A DNA stretch of 64,000 nucleotides from Lama glama. Its lineage: Eukaryota. How positions within the stretch are numbered: position 1 is the first letter of the stretch; each line of letters opens with the position of its first letter. This document shows positions 38,521 to 53,315 of the stretch, one piece after another. Made by a program: the position numbers and the translations under genes. The notes under the pieces are model-generated. The model was not told the DNA's origin. It ran no database searches and saw only the letters and a program-made list of their open reading frames with translations. The stretch lies in NCBI GenBank assembly GCA_028534125.1, contig CM052816.1, positions 40,302,001 to 40,366,000 on the forward strand. Reading direction: 5' to 3'.

Positions 38521-41500
38521 TTACCTCATTCATGTAAATGATTATGTAGTTATATACTCAAGCCAAAAAAGATAAAGGTCTATAACTGATAATTTGAATA
38601 AAATCTCAATGCCCGATTCTGCATCTTGTATTTCGTCTAGTTCCTACTAGTATGTCCTGTTATAAGATGTGTACATCTTTCTGGGGCCCTCACAAGTGTG
38701 ACAAAAATCATAGAATACACTTGGATTTTTAGATTTTGTTTAGCTTCCTCTCTCTTATCATTTCTTATGCCTAATCCATCCTATATCTGACTATTCATGT
38801 TTCCAAAGCATGCGTATTTCACAAAAGAATATATTTTTATTTTCTACTACAGGCACATATTCTGTAGAATATGTTATAATACAAATACAATCTTTTGGAA
38901 AAAAGGAGTCAGTAACTCCTGTAGGTAATAGAAACAGATTGGATGTAGTACTTAATTATCATCTGTTTTCTGCTGCTCACTCAGTACTGACAAAGTGGGC
39001 TAAATAACAATCACTGTCCTTGAAAACGCTGGGCTTGTCAGATGCAGTATCTAAAAAAGAAAAGAACATAAACAAAATCAGTGTTTTCTTTGGTTTGTTT
39101 ATTCAGTGGCCGAATAGTTATGATACAGGATTAATTTTATTGTTGCAGTTCTATTACCAAGTAGAATAAAAATGCCAGTGAAAAAATGTAGATATTCATT
39201 AACCACAGTGATGTTTGTGGGATCCTCACTTAATTCAAGATAAGCAAAATTATTGTACCATATAGTGTTAGGAGAGATCTAAACTGTGATTATATTGTTG
39301 GACATTTTTATTATGATTTTTGTCCTTGTTGCTCCCTACATTTTTAATGCTATTGGCAGAGTGAATTTGGAGGGTATAAAACTGCATTTACCAATATTAA
39401 GGTATAATGATGTAAAAAGTTTTGATTCAGTAGTCATGTCATATTTGGTAAATAGCCAGCAATTGCCATTAGTGAGAAATGAAGCCCCTGTGTGAAGTGC
39501 CAAGTTGGTAAGAGAAACAAATCAAAGGAAGATGAAGTGATCCGTAATGGGCAGAGAAAAATCAATAAGATAAAAAAGAGCCTATCTCTTAAAATGAATG
39601 AAGAAGAGACTGGCTGATGTTTGAACTACATTTGTTCCATGTAAGTAGTCACTCTGAGCAGTAAAGCTCAGGACAAAAATACTTCTTCCTTGCTCTAATT
39701 CTCCCTGATAGCGAGCCTATTCTAAAACTGCATACATTCCTTGTATCTGGTAATACATGGGAAAAATGCATGTATTATTAAAAGATCATGTTTAAAGAAG
39801 CAGACTTAAAGTATACAAAACACTCTCTCTACAATAGTAAGCCACACACCTGGTTGTCATTCTAGAGATCACTCCTACCTGCCTAATTCAGACTGAATAA
39901 AGAACAGCATGTGAATAGTATATAGGCTGGCCTTTAAGCTAACTTAATACAGTGTTCTGTCTTGAAGCATATAGGAAACTTCTCAGGAAAACATCAAAGA
40001 GGAATTCATAAGTCCTTGAAGAGCTAAACTATTTCATGGATCCCACAGAGGATAAAATGGGAACTTTGACAAGAATGGAGAATGTGGCACCTCAGTGGTA
40101 TAGGTACAATCGCTCTGCTACTATGTTCAGCTTCTCCTGTTAAGAAAACTGTGTCAGCTTCTGATTAGCAATAGGCTTTTCTAGTAAATCCGTGTTTAAC
40201 TGGAGAATACACACAACAGGTGATTCAGGATTTTAGGGGGCATTCAGTATGTCACTTCACTGCTCAAATATACTATTGCTTTGTTTCCCAAGGATGAGAC
40301 AAAATCAGGAGGATATCCAGTACCTCTGAAATTGAAAGGCAAGAGTCATCTTGTCTAATCGTGGAGCTTTTGGGAAGCTTTTTAAAAATGAGGTAAAAAA
40401 TTCTTTCACTTTATCAGTAAAACTGATAGAGTGAAGCCACACCCTTTCAGTAACTTTGATCCTTTACATCCAAGAGATTTAACAGAAAAAAGATTCTATT
40501 CTGATTTTCAGAATTTTAACAATCTTATTTATTTAGTTTGTGCCATCTAGGACACATGGAAGGCACTAAAGTTAGGAACAATCTATGTAAAAACTATAAA
40601 GGTTTACAATCCGCAATTATGCATATTATTCTCCTAATAATTCTGGCTTCTTGGTCTATTCTATATAAGTTAAAGATAATAACAATACTGGGTTGTTGGA
40701 GAGATAAGATGAGTAAATGTAAAGTACTTCAAACAGTGCCTGAAATTTTGTAATTACCATACATGTGAACCTTCCTTTGTTATTTCCTTCTCTTCATCCT
40801 TACAAATAGGGATATTCTTAGAGAGATCTCAACCTGTCACCATGATCATCACTTCTAACCCCGAGTATATTATCCCAGAATGTATTCTCCTGAATTCTTG
40901 TCATGATCTTGTTTCTTAAGATATTCAGTTGAACACCCAAGGTTTGGGGCCTATCCCTTTATCAGGATCAATTTATTGGAAAATATTCAGATTTAAATAT
41001 AGCCTATTAGCTAACATCATTTCAAAGCATTTTAACCACAAGAAAGAAATGTCAATAATTGCTGTTATTTTATGAGAAAAGGAAGCACTCGCTAATTTAA
41101 GGGCTATGTGTTAATTAACACAAGAAAGTGACAGAAAAGAAACATTAGCAAAGTAAGTTTAAATGCAGTCTCTGCCATGTAAGCAAGAAATCCAGAATAC
41201 ACGTCCAGTACACATTTTGACTTAATATATATCCTTTTTTAAAAATAGATTTTTCTTATTGTAAAAATTGCTTTAATAATACTTTAACATTATAATAATT
41301 TAATCAGAGAGTATTAAGGAAGTAGAGTTATAAAGGAACTAAAAAGTCATACAAATCCCTATACTGAACTTGGAAGTAATCTTTCTAGTGCTTGGTCTAT
41401 ACATATGTTCTATTTCATCCAATCTAAATACCATCAATTGTAGAATGCTCCATTATGTTATGAATCATGAGAAAAGAAAAAAAATAGATGCTGCTAATTT

Positions 41501-43978
41501 AAACTATGATAAAATGCTTACCTATGACATACCATTTTTATTTTTGTACATTGAAAAGGCTTTTTTAGACATTAGCAAATACATTAATCATAAATCACAT
41601 TTGTATATGTAGAAAAAAGAAAATACGAGCAAGACAAATTGGTTAAGAAACTGTCTTTACATGAAATTGAATTTTGTTTTGTCTCAGTGTAGTCAGTGTA
41701 CATGTTTTTCCTCATAATACCTGCTGCAACCAAAGAGAATAGATTATGCAGTGTCTCTTAAAAGTTTTCTATTGTCTTCTCTGAGATTTTCCTTTAAGCA
41801 ACTGACACCCATTATACAAAATTTGAGACACATACACAGGCAATTGCAAATAAATCAGTTTTGCTGTCTCATCAAGAAATGACAAAATTCATTCCAATTT
41901 CAGAGATGTTAGGACATCAAAGCAATGTATCAGTTAATGTCCAGTCAGGAAACAGAACTAATGCCAGGAAATTCAATAGAAAGAATTTAATAGAGTACTG
42001 GTTGGGGAAATATTGGAGAGCTATAAAAGCAAGTAGAAGATGGAAAGATATCTAAAATATTTAGTAAATTCTGTTCTTGACAATTAGTAATCTGAGCTTC
42101 TTATATCAACTTTTCTATTTGAAGAATAGGCTAGCTTAAAGTATGATGATTTCATTAACAAACTGTGTATTATTCATCACCTTGTGGAAATATTTGTTAA
42201 GGATGATACTAGTTAATGTGGAGCTTTTGTTGACCTTATCTTGTGTTTTATCTCAGTGGCTTGGACTCAATTATGGCTACCTATGCCTGTACTATTTAAA
42301 GTGACCAAAACTCAAAATAGTTTAGTTAAAAAGGAATTTATTGGCCCATGTAAATCAGAAGTATATTTTTAGACACTATTCTTGACTGGATGGATCTAGG
42401 TACTTAAAAATGTTACTGGAATATTCTCTAAATGTGTCTCACACTTTTACAATGCCTGAGAAGAGGGATTTTTGGACTCAGTGTAGATACCTCCTTATTG
42501 ATTTTTATATAGTACTTACACTTTTAATACTTTTTGAAAAATTCAAGTTTGGAAAAATCTTGACTTCCTGCCACTCTTGCTTGAACTGGAAACATGTCCT
42601 TCATGAAAAGGGTAGAAAGATGCACATTCTTTTCTATGCAGTTGACAGAAATGTATTTTCTTAAGTTTGGAACCAACTGAATTGATTATATAATCAGTGT
42701 CAGAAAGAATGACTTCATATCAGCTATTCCAAAACCAAAGGCATATTTTGGCTTTTGGTCCATGTCTTCCAACAATTTACTGCATTGTATCCAGCAATTG
42801 ACATGCATATTGGAACATGTACTATGATCTTTACTATTAAATAGTCATGGATGCTTTACTGGGGAGTACACATACACACACACACAGAGATACATCCTTT
42901 TTTAAAAAAATTCATGAAGTATTACTAAAATGAGCTGCACATATTTTCTAGACTGATAATCTTATTGTGATTATTTTTGCTACAAACCTTTAAAACTTTC
43001 ACTAGCTATGCATTCATATGATGGTATGATTTCCTAGGAAATCCCTGTGGAGACCCTAGGGCCTCCTTTCAAGAATTCTTCTACGTCCTGTCTCAGTGCA
43101 GAGAAAGAAAGACCTTCTATTAAATTAGACATTTGTGTGTGTGTATCATTTTTGCTCTCTCTCTCTCTGCCTTTTATAAAGGGCTGCCATTTGTCCCCCC
43201 TTCTTAATTTATAAACATAAACTCCCATCTGGCTTTGGTTTAAGCCACAGCACAGAATACATGCACTAGAGGCTCATCAGGGAGAATAACCTCAAACTCA
43301 CTACTGTTTAATGTCTCAAAATCTTAGTGGAAATAAGTAATATTTGCAAAGGATTTCCTGAAAATTAGGCAATCCATCCATTTTTTTCTTGGTCAGAGAT
43401 TCTTAACCTTTAATAAGGGAGGATCTAAGAGCACCTTAAAATTGCACGTAAGTATTATGCATATGACTTTTAATTGACATCTGTTATTTCTACCAGGTAT
43501 TCAAAGTGGTCAATAACTAAAAATGGTTGAGAGTCATCTCACCTTGTATTTTCAAAGCTGTAGTTGGATTAATGCAAAAGACTGGAAGGCTATGTCTGGT
43601 GTACTTGGACTTCAGTATTGCAGAACTACTACATATATTTAATTATTCCTCAGTAGAGTGTTGAGATTTGTATGTATTTTGACAACAGTAACAGAAACAA
43701 AACATATATCACTTTGTCTATGAAGACATTTATCTTTGGTGTCCATATAAGCAATAAATGTGCTTCTTTGAGAAACTGGCTTATCTTCATATTTTGGAAG
43801 CGATGGCTCAAAGAACTGGTTGTGTTTCCCCTGGCTTTACTGTTATAGATAGTGCAGTGCCAAATTAGAGGCTCAACATTAGCTATTGTACTCCAGGGCA
43901 TGCATTTTGTGTAACTCTTGAATTTATTCCATTGTTTCTACCCTCATTTACCTTTGCCACAAATTCTTCACTTCTTTT

Positions 43979-44102
43979 ATTCAAAGTATAGTTGATTTAC
44001 AATGTTGTGTTAGTTTCTGGTGTATAGCATAGTGATTCAGTTATACATATATATATATATATTCTTTTTCATTATAGGTTATTTCAGGATATTGAATGCA
44101 GT
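43979..44102 (-). mobile_element. Short lineage-specific L1 3' end
   Basis: aagtatagttgatttacaatgttgtgttagtttctggtgtatagcatagtgattcagttatacat...; TSD ttcacttctttt (43967-43978) / tttacttctttt (44103-44114). Confidence 0.85.
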
Positions 44103-45900
44103 TTTACTTCTTTTTGATATGCATGTTGTACTATTTATTTTTCTAAGTTGCCCTAAATCATTTCCAAAAGCTCTGAGTTTACAAATATAAATGAATAAAT
44201 AAATAATAATAGTGACTTAGGCAGCCTATAAATCTTTTTGTTTGTTTTATGGATTTTTTTCACATGGTCCACAGTTTTAAAGTGCTTTCAGGAATGGTTT
44301 CTTTAATAACATACTTTTGTAGTTTTTGTGGTAAATATTTATTATTAAAGTTTAAAAGCTACTAATGTATACTTAATTTAGTAGGAAGAGCTAAGTGGTC
44401 AACATTGAAAAATGAATCCAAAGTACTTTTAACCTGAATAGTGAAGGAGGGAAGCTCTTTTTCCCCCCCTGAAGATGTAAAAACATTTTAGGCATCACTG
44501 CTTTTGGTAGATGTACTGTTTTGTAGTCGCTTGTTCAGAAAATCTAACAAAGTTGGATATATTCTCAGAAGGAGTTTGTCTCTGTCTTCTTATAAACATA
44601 ATTATGAGTTTCTGCCTTGGAATGTATTTTAGTGCACACTATTGCACTTTCGTGTGTGTGCGTGTGCGTGTGAAACTAAACTTTGTCTTTTAGTAAAATG
44701 ACATTTATATAGTCCCTATTCTGATTTCTTTTAGTTTTAAACTTGCATTTGTAAGAATTTAGCAATAGATATTGCTTTTTTGTTGCTGTTTGACAATAAT
44801 GGGTTGCTGACTACTGTCTCACTGTACTGTGGTAGGATGTACTGATGAATGGAAAAAGAATAAAAAAGGGAATTGATTTGTTGTATTATGTCCTAAGTAG
44901 GACTTCTCAGTCCACAATGCCATCTATAGAATGATCATTTGAATGTACATTTAGTGAGTGAGATAAAAGCCCAAACCTAAGGCATAGCATATCTAATTAA
45001 GCACACCCTAGAGAGCTGCTGGAAACTGTTTCTCCCCAGCCACATACACGGCATTAATTGTGCTGTAATGGAAACACTGAGAGTTAGAGGAAAGAATAAG
45101 AATCCTATTCACATTATACAAAACTTCAGCAGTGACAGGTTAGGTAAAATTTTTTAAGCAGCATAAAACTATTACATATATATGTATATATGTGTATATC
45201 TTAACCTCAACAAAAGCTACTACAACTCTCCTCTTTGGGTAGTCAGTATGCCCAAGCATATGCTATGTCCTCAGACAAACTGAAGAGGTTTCCCTCATCA
45301 CATACCTCATCCCAACAGAGGCCTAGGCTCAGTTCTGTGCCCAGTACGTGGCTAAGTGCTCCATAAATATTTGTAATACTGAATATTTGATGACACTGTA
45401 AGGAAAAAGAAAGACTGCACAGTGGACATGTGACTTAGAAACAGCTATCAAGGAAGAGAAATGAAGTGCCCAGGTTGCCAAAACCCAAGTCTGCTGTAAT
45501 AAAAAGAAATGGCTTTCTGGTAGCTTCTACTCCGAGAACTGATACACACTGCCACCTTTCACATCGTGGCTCATTTACTGCTGTACCAGAAGACGTGGTC
45601 ATTGTTCTAATCAGCTTCTGCTAGAAGTACCAGAGCTAGGGTGACCCTTATGGAAGGAAAAGAAAATGTGGGCATCACTTCCTTCACAAATTTTCAGTGA
45701 ATTGCTAAACTATAAAGATTTCTCTCTTAATACACAGGAGAAAAATCTCTGATAAATTTTTAACACCTGTTAAAATAGCCTGAGGGACAGTCTGTCCAAG
45801 TAGCAATAAAGTAGGCAGGGAAAAGTGGGACTGAGACACTGCAGACTGAAGATGCTAGTTGGCTTGAGAGTGAATATTTGAAGGAGTAGCTACCGGGAGG

Positions 45901-45989
45901 TATATTCTTCTACTTTTGGAGAAACTCAGTGCTATTGTGTAACATATATTCTTTCTACTTTTGGAGAAACTCAGTGCTATTGTGTAACA
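45901..45989. repeat. 44/45-bp tandem duplication
   Basis: 45901-45944 and 45945-45989 differ only by one extra T. Confidence 0.95.
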
Positions 45990-48900
45990 TAGTGTCTAAA
46001 ATAAAATAAGGACTGTAGTGGTCTGCACTCAGGGATGTGGGATCAAATCGAAGAAGGTAGAAGTATGCTTCTAGGTTCTTCTAGTGACTCTTATTGAGAG
46101 TGTTTGGGCATTAATCCCTTTGATTAATTTCTTCATATCTGAATTACTACTTTATCTGTCAGAATTTGACTTTAAGTGGAATCTTTATGAGTGATGTAGA
46201 ATAGAGATTTATTATAGAGGCTTTCACCTCAAACAGTTGTAGCCAGGGAAGAAGTCTATACAGGACTGTTTTCTGTGCATCTTGTACTAGGCTTCAAGTC
46301 TCAAAAGGTCAGGTAGTCCAGCAGTCAGGAAGAAAAGCTGGATGTGCCACAGGGAAGAACTGAGAAAATTTGGAACATAAGAGGACAAACTCCCACCCAT
46401 GAGCCCAAATAGAGATCCACTTCTAGATCTATAATGCACATAACCTGTAAGAGAAGCTGGTGACATTTGCCATAGAACTGAATACAAAATTTAAAGTTCA
46501 TAGTTAGCCTGACTTTCCTTGGTAATAGCATTTTATCAGCTTACTTCCACCCTCCTCCGTACACACTCTTCAACTCTCTACAGAGCATTAAAAAATTCCC
46601 TAAAAGATTTTTTAAAGGCTACTAAATCATTTGAAATTGAGTCAGTTATCTTCAAGAAGTAGAATCCTTTCTGAAGGTACTTTCAGACTAAAAGAGGTTT
46701 CTCAAAAGGATAATTCTCAATACAATAAAATGGAATTTTTCATTTACATCTTTAAGATCTGTGTACAGCAGTGGTAATGTTAAAAGAAGATTCATTGGTC
46801 ACATGAAAAAGATAACTCTTCTCATCCTGCTCCTTCAGAATTGGTGCTGAATTGTGTAGTTACCTCTACAAAGGCCACGTCTACCAGATTAACCCCTGAC
46901 CCATGAGACCACCCATTCATAGTCATCCAGACGACCCGTGTAGCAGTACTATGCTGTTCAGGAACTTAGTGCCAGCTAACACAGTGACTGGTTAAGCAAT
47001 GTAGTTGTGCATAGCTAATGCTATTTTTATACTTCCTCTGGGGAGAAATGCCAGAGGCTGGCTCTTTAAAAATAACAGTGTAGAATGAAGCAGCCATATG
47101 GCTTATTGCAGTGATGCTTTTCATTTTAGTTCAGTTTTGATTAAGGTAGAATCTGATACCATAAGTACTCTCTCATCTAACAACAGAAAAAAACCTAGGC
47201 ATTTCAGTCTTAGCATTCATGTTTGTATATAAATGTTGAAATTCTAAAGATAATATGAAGAACCATGCATTATATACATTTTAAAACCTTAATGTTCAAA
47301 TTTTTTTCATTTTACATAATACCTTACCATAGTACTTAAATTTTTTCATATTTATATAATGCCTTACTGTACTATTTACTCCAAATGGTATCAATTTAGT
47401 GGGAAATTGCAGAAAAGAAATGGAAATGAACATGTAAGAATTATTCCTTAAGAAAAGGATTTATAAGACACAGTTTACCTAATGTAGGTGAAGCTGGACT
47501 CAAGCAATATACGTGACTACATTGTCACATAAATGACATTAAGTAAAGAGATTCTTTGGCCCTATAAAAGAGATGATTTTCACTATCCTTTCTCCCCAAG
47601 AACCAATGTTGTCTTTTGTAGTAATTTATTGTCTTTTCTTTGTTAATATCTTCTCATAAAATAATAGATATAGAAATTAGAAAATAAGGGGGAAGTCAAA
47701 GGAATGTAAGATCTGTGTATATTGCTGCAATGATTTTTAATTTATCCAAATGTTTGGTTTATCTAATGATGTTCAATTTATCCAATGATGTTTAATTTAT
47801 CCAAGTGTGCAAAAAACATTTTTCTAAATCATGAATGCCAGAATAAAGTGCACCAACTTGCTACAGTGAGTTTTAGACAGAAAAGGTTGATATTATAAAT
47901 TTTAAAGTTTGTATTGAAAAGTTGCCTTTTAAAAGGCATTGCATTATATCCAAACCTTGAAATATAAATGCTGTACTATTTTTGTGAGTATTATATTATC
48001 CCAATGTTGTGTCTATTTGGTCTATCACATAATATCAGATATTGATGTTGAATTACTCACTACATAATATCATTCTTAGACATTGAACACAATTTAATTT
48101 TTTAATTAGCATTTTTATATAAAACAAAAAAAATGATGGGATTAAGAAAAATTTTAAGAAATTTCAGTTATATTTAGAAAATACTTCCTTGAAAGCTATT
48201 CATTAACTTGGTACTCTAGATAGCAGGTTTGTCGATTATCTTTGACATTGGAAGTTTACTTGAGGAGCATGTAGAGGTGGTAACCTTGACCTTCCCTGGG
48301 AAGCCCTAGTCTGTCAGTCAACCAGTTAGTCTGTAAGTCAGTCAATCAGCCAGCCAGTCAGTCAGTCAGTCAACCAAATGATTTACATTTACTTGCTACA
48401 AGGTAGAATATTTTGGAATCTAAAAGAGTGCCAGCTTTCTCAGCCCAGCAATTACATGGTTCAGTCCTCCTTCTAGGCTGATATATGGGGGAGGGGGTGA
48501 CAAAGAATCATCTGTTAGCTGAGAAGTTTTAATTTGAGGATAAAATGCTGATCCATAATTTTCTTGATTCAAGTAAAGAAATTCAAGTACTGCTATTGTC
48601 CTTCTATCCATGCCATTTTGGGGAACTGCATGATCTTAGACAAAACACTTGGCTATGGCATACACAACACTGGGTCCAAACTTAATTCAGCTGCCAATTC
48701 ATTTTATGACTTTTATGAAATCTAGTTTTTGGTACATGGCCTGTTTAATTAAAGTGTTGGCCTAAATAAGTCCTGTGTCTTATAATCCTAGGATTCTATG
48801 GTCTTTTCCTTTAATTGTAACTATCTATAGAATAGTGATTCTCAACAATTTCCCACAACTTTCTGTTGTACTCTGAGCTCTTTTCATGGTACCAACTCAA

Positions 48901-50699
48901 GTTGATATCATTGTATATCATTTCATTTTGTTACTGTCAACTTTATAAACTGTTTTAGTGATGTTCATCAAATAGATTATGAAGTTGAATGGGTGGTATA
49001 GAATTGGATACAACTTGCTACAAATAAATAGTAAGATAGGATAATGTTAATCCAGTGCAAAAGAAGAATAATTTCTTTGGGAAGGAGGGTATTAGGCCAG
49101 TCATATTAAGATAATAAACAATTTCTGAAAGAGCAGCACAATGCTAAGTGTGAAAATGTGCATGGTAGAATAACTGAATAGTTTTCTAGATTCTATGACA
49201 ACTTGTTATAGTTCAGTAATGATTGCATTACAATTATAATCACCTTTCAAAAAAAGGTTGCTTTGGGTCTTTAAAAATTTTCCAGTGTGCTACCAAAGAG
49301 TTCTGGTATTCATAGGGATTTCACACATATAAGAATTTTAAGTTTTGCTATAGAATGTTAGATAATGAAGCTGATCCACAGTAAATTCAACTCAAATTAT
49401 GTGGAACTCCTTGAATCCAGTCTTGAAATTAAATAAGCTTATCTGGAGACAGACCACTTTAAGTCCCTTATTGACAGTGCAGACTGTTTTTCTGAATTTA
49501 CTATAAATAGAAAATTTATAAAAGGGAAAGCATGTGCCTACTTTTTGTTATGGTATTTAACTTTGAGAAATGTACACTCCAAGTTGATGTGCTGAATAAA
49601 TATTCAACTTGCAGTCATATTCAAATTTTGAGGTTATTTTCTTGATAATTAAATATTTCCCCAACTTATGAAATTCTTAAAATAAAAACTGTTAGTCAGA
49701 TGTTTTTTAAGACTTGTGAGGTGAATAATAAGTATGAAAAATACCATGGATCAGAAATGGAAAAATGAAAACCATGGCTCAAATTGTATAGCACCTCTTT
49801 GACAGTTTGACATGAGGCCAGAAGCAAGAGTTTTCACTAAACGTTGTTTTTAAAATGCAACCTTTAGTGTTATTTGATTTTCCCCCCAAGCAAACTAAGA
49901 TGTGAAATTGAATAATACCTTCTGACAATTTTATAAAAATGGACTGCCATGCTTAATTGATGACAAGTCTCTTCATCTGCCACCTCCAGGCATTCACTGT
50001 AAGTTATTGATACGGGGTTCACAGCCTCTATCCATTAGATCTTTGACTGCATCTGTGTTATTAACCTTTGGGTAGATCTGAGAGCGACATCTCCCCAGCT
50101 AACTGGCTGTCAAGTCAGCTTTGCATGTTCTCTTTCACTTTCACTTTGTCTCCCAAGATTATCTGAACAGTAGGGGCAAAGCAATGCAGCCAATTACCTT
50201 GTGATTTCTAGATTGTCCAACTTTTCTCCTGAGATAGTGTCAGGAAGAAATAAAATTCTAAAAGATATGATTACTTGATGTTCTAGAAATATGAGTCAAA
50301 AGTCTTTGTGCCATAGAGACCCAGGTTCTGATTTCAGCTCCAAATCTATGTGACTTTTTGTAAGTTACTTAACTTCTCTGGGTCTCATTGATAAAATAAA
50401 GGAAATTATTTGAGGGCAGAGACTGTGAATTTTCCTCCAGAATTTATTCTCCTTATATTTGTTTATAGATAGGCCCTACCTGTCAGGGGCAGATCTATCT
50501 TTTGGAAGTGCTAAGGACAAAAGGATATAAAATAAATAAATAACTATGTTGCTAGCTCCCCCTCCCTCAGAGCCTTGGAAGGAGAACATGTAAGTGCGAG
50601 GCTCTAAAAGTAGCACCACATTAACTTCACGGTAAATATACCCCGAACACCACATACTTTGAGGTTTTAGTAGGGCTCCTGCTCTTCCAGCTAGAGACA

Positions 50700-51071
50700 T
50701 TTCTTAGCCTGACTTATTCTTAATTGAGATCATCTGACCCAGCTCTGGCTAACAGAACACAAATGGTACATGCAACTTTCAGATTCTATCCTTAAAATAA
50801 GCCACTCATCCTGCCTCTTTTTTTTTTTTCCCCCTTTTTCTATTGGCTGTGAAAAGCAATACTAGGGGAATAGCTAGGCTTGGAAAATGGCACCATCTTG
50901 GACTCAAGAGGTGCAAGCTCTACCTTGTGTCTGGCAGAGTCCTCTTGGGCTAACTTATTCTGGATCACCCTATATATCTTTAAGAAAGAAATAAACCTGT
51001 ATCTTTTTTTAAGTCAATGTGTATTTTGGACTCATTGCTAAAGTAGCTCAGTCTGTATCCTAACAAATATA
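50700..51071 (+). mobile_element. Old MLT1 LTR fragment (MIR piece nearby at ~50300-50400)
   Basis: tgacccagctctggctaacagaac...caccatcttggac...aagaaagaaataaacctgtatc...ttgctaaagtagct...tcctaacaaata. Confidence 0.55.
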
Positions 51072-53104
51072 AATACCTACATTCTAGTATTTTTTGAGAA
51101 TTAAATGATAAAATGCATATAAAATGTTTACCTGTGGTACTGGGCAAATACTCTTTTTGCAGACAGAATTTTTTTTTTAATTATCTGGTTTTGTCTGGAG
51201 AGAGAAGTAATCCTAAAATCAATAGAGACGTTAAACTTTAGTGTTAGTGGTTTAAAAATACCATTATTTCTTTATCTTAATAATAAATCTTTCACTGTTT
51301 CAGAATTTGCATGGCAAAGGTACTGCCCAGTATCATTCCACTTATCTTCATATTTTTTTATCTTTTATGGATATTTGAGCAAGTTTATAATGTATATAAA
51401 GTTTATAGGACATGTAGTAGGAGCTCAACACATATTTTCAATACATACTATTTCTCTCCTTTTATCACATTCTGCATTAGATATAAAATATAATGTCTTT
51501 TAAGCTCACAAATATTCACCCATTGGCCTTTCCATTCTTTAGAGGAACTGCACCTTCTATCCATGTGGCCTAAAGCAAATTGTTGGGATCTTGCCTCTTT
51601 CTTCACAATCCTTAATGGACTTGTGAATACTTCCCTGGGATTTCTGAAATACTGGTGAGAGAGAGGCACTCTTTTCCCTCTGGTTCCAGTGTTTTGGAAA
51701 TGTGAAAATTAAAGCTTTCTGCAGCTCTGTCTGCTCTCATACAGGAGGAGTCGTGGTAGTATTTGATATTATTTGTTATAAATGCACAAGGTAAATTTCA
51801 CCCTAGCTTTTCTTGTGATTCATGTCCACGAAACAAAATATTTCTCCTTAATTAAGGTGAATTAATGTGGTCTTCCTTCACTTTCTGTGAAAATAATCCC
51901 TAAGTAGGGAGGAGTCTCTTGGCTGCAATGCCATGTCTCCCATGGGCTGTCGTTGGAACAAAGAAGACCAGTATGTCTGAATTCTCTGCTAGTTGTTCTG
52001 CCTTCTACTGAGAATGTTCTACCTGCTTCTAAGACAGTTGATTTCTGGGACGCAGTCCTGTACTCAAGCAGTTTACCATTGAGGAGAAATGATATGAACA
52101 AATAAACAGTTAAATAACAACACAAGCTTTGAGTACCTCTGAAAAGCAGTAATGCAAAAAGGTTAGACAAGACAGTACAGTGGTATCACAAATAATTTCC
52201 TGTGGAACTTGAAGTTTGGGACAATAAGCAAAGCAAAACTTACCATAAATCATTAAGGGAATATTTGTTAACCCCTGGGAGATTGTGCCTGCAGGCATGC
52301 CTTCCCTTTTTCTGCAGCTTGAATAAGGTAATCAGAACCAGGTCTCCATAGCCAAACCATAAAACCTGCCAAGGCATGAAGCCTATAAAGGCTGTTCTCC
52401 CCTCCTCCACACTCCCTTCCCTTGGCTACCCTCCCCTCCCTCATGCTGGATATCCTGCCTTCTGCAGCTCTCCTCTGCAAGGACTCCCAGACATGGCTGT
52501 GTAGCTCTACACACTGGCCCAGCAGGATGTAGCAGTTTGTTCATCCCCAGAAGCAGGGATGTTCTAGTGTTTATTGAATTAACTGTGCTGCATAGTATTC
52601 AGTGAGATATAATTAAGCCTCACATTTTCTCTGACTCCTTGGTTGTAGTTTTTATTTCTCATTCCAGGCCTTACTGGGAATGTTGTGGAGATTCTCCTGA
52701 ACCACAATACATTTGTTTGGGAAAAATAACTCTTTGCATTCCTGCTGAAAGCCCTTCCACAAGTTCTGAACTTTGTTTCCTACATATCAACTGCTCACAA
52801 GAGTTTCCCTCATGGGTCACATCTGTAACACCCACTTCTTTTAGTCTCTCATAAATGCACTGGTCACCTAAAACCATGACATTATCATCACCTGTTTGAC
52901 TTAAGACTGTTTATCACTAAGATCCCCTTGATTCATTTGCTAACCCAGAGGATTATGCTTTCTTGATTATCAACAGTGGTTCTAACAAGCAGGAAACTGC
53001 AACTTCCGTTGGCTGGTACTATGTAAACTGCTTGCCGTGTGGCCTGGGCACATGTGACCTAGTTAGAGAGTGGGAGTTCTGTGTTGGCAAAAAAGCAGAG
53101 ACTT

Positions 53105-53315
53105 TGGAGCAGGAACTGTGTACTCAGACTGACATGGGTTTAAATGTGGACCTACCGTTTTCTAGCTGTATCACCCTAATCAAGTTACGTACTCTAAGTT
53201 TCACCAGCTGTGAGGTAGGATTAGCAAACACAATGTACGGAGTTGTGCAACTTAAGAATTCATAAAATGATTACCAGGTGTGTAGTGAGCGCTCAACAAA
53301 TGGTAACCATTAGCT
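53105..53315 (+). mobile_element. MIR SINE
   Basis: ctcagactgacatgggtttaaat...ctagctgtatcaccctaatcaagttac...tagtgagcgctcaacaaatggtaaccatt. Confidence 0.7.
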
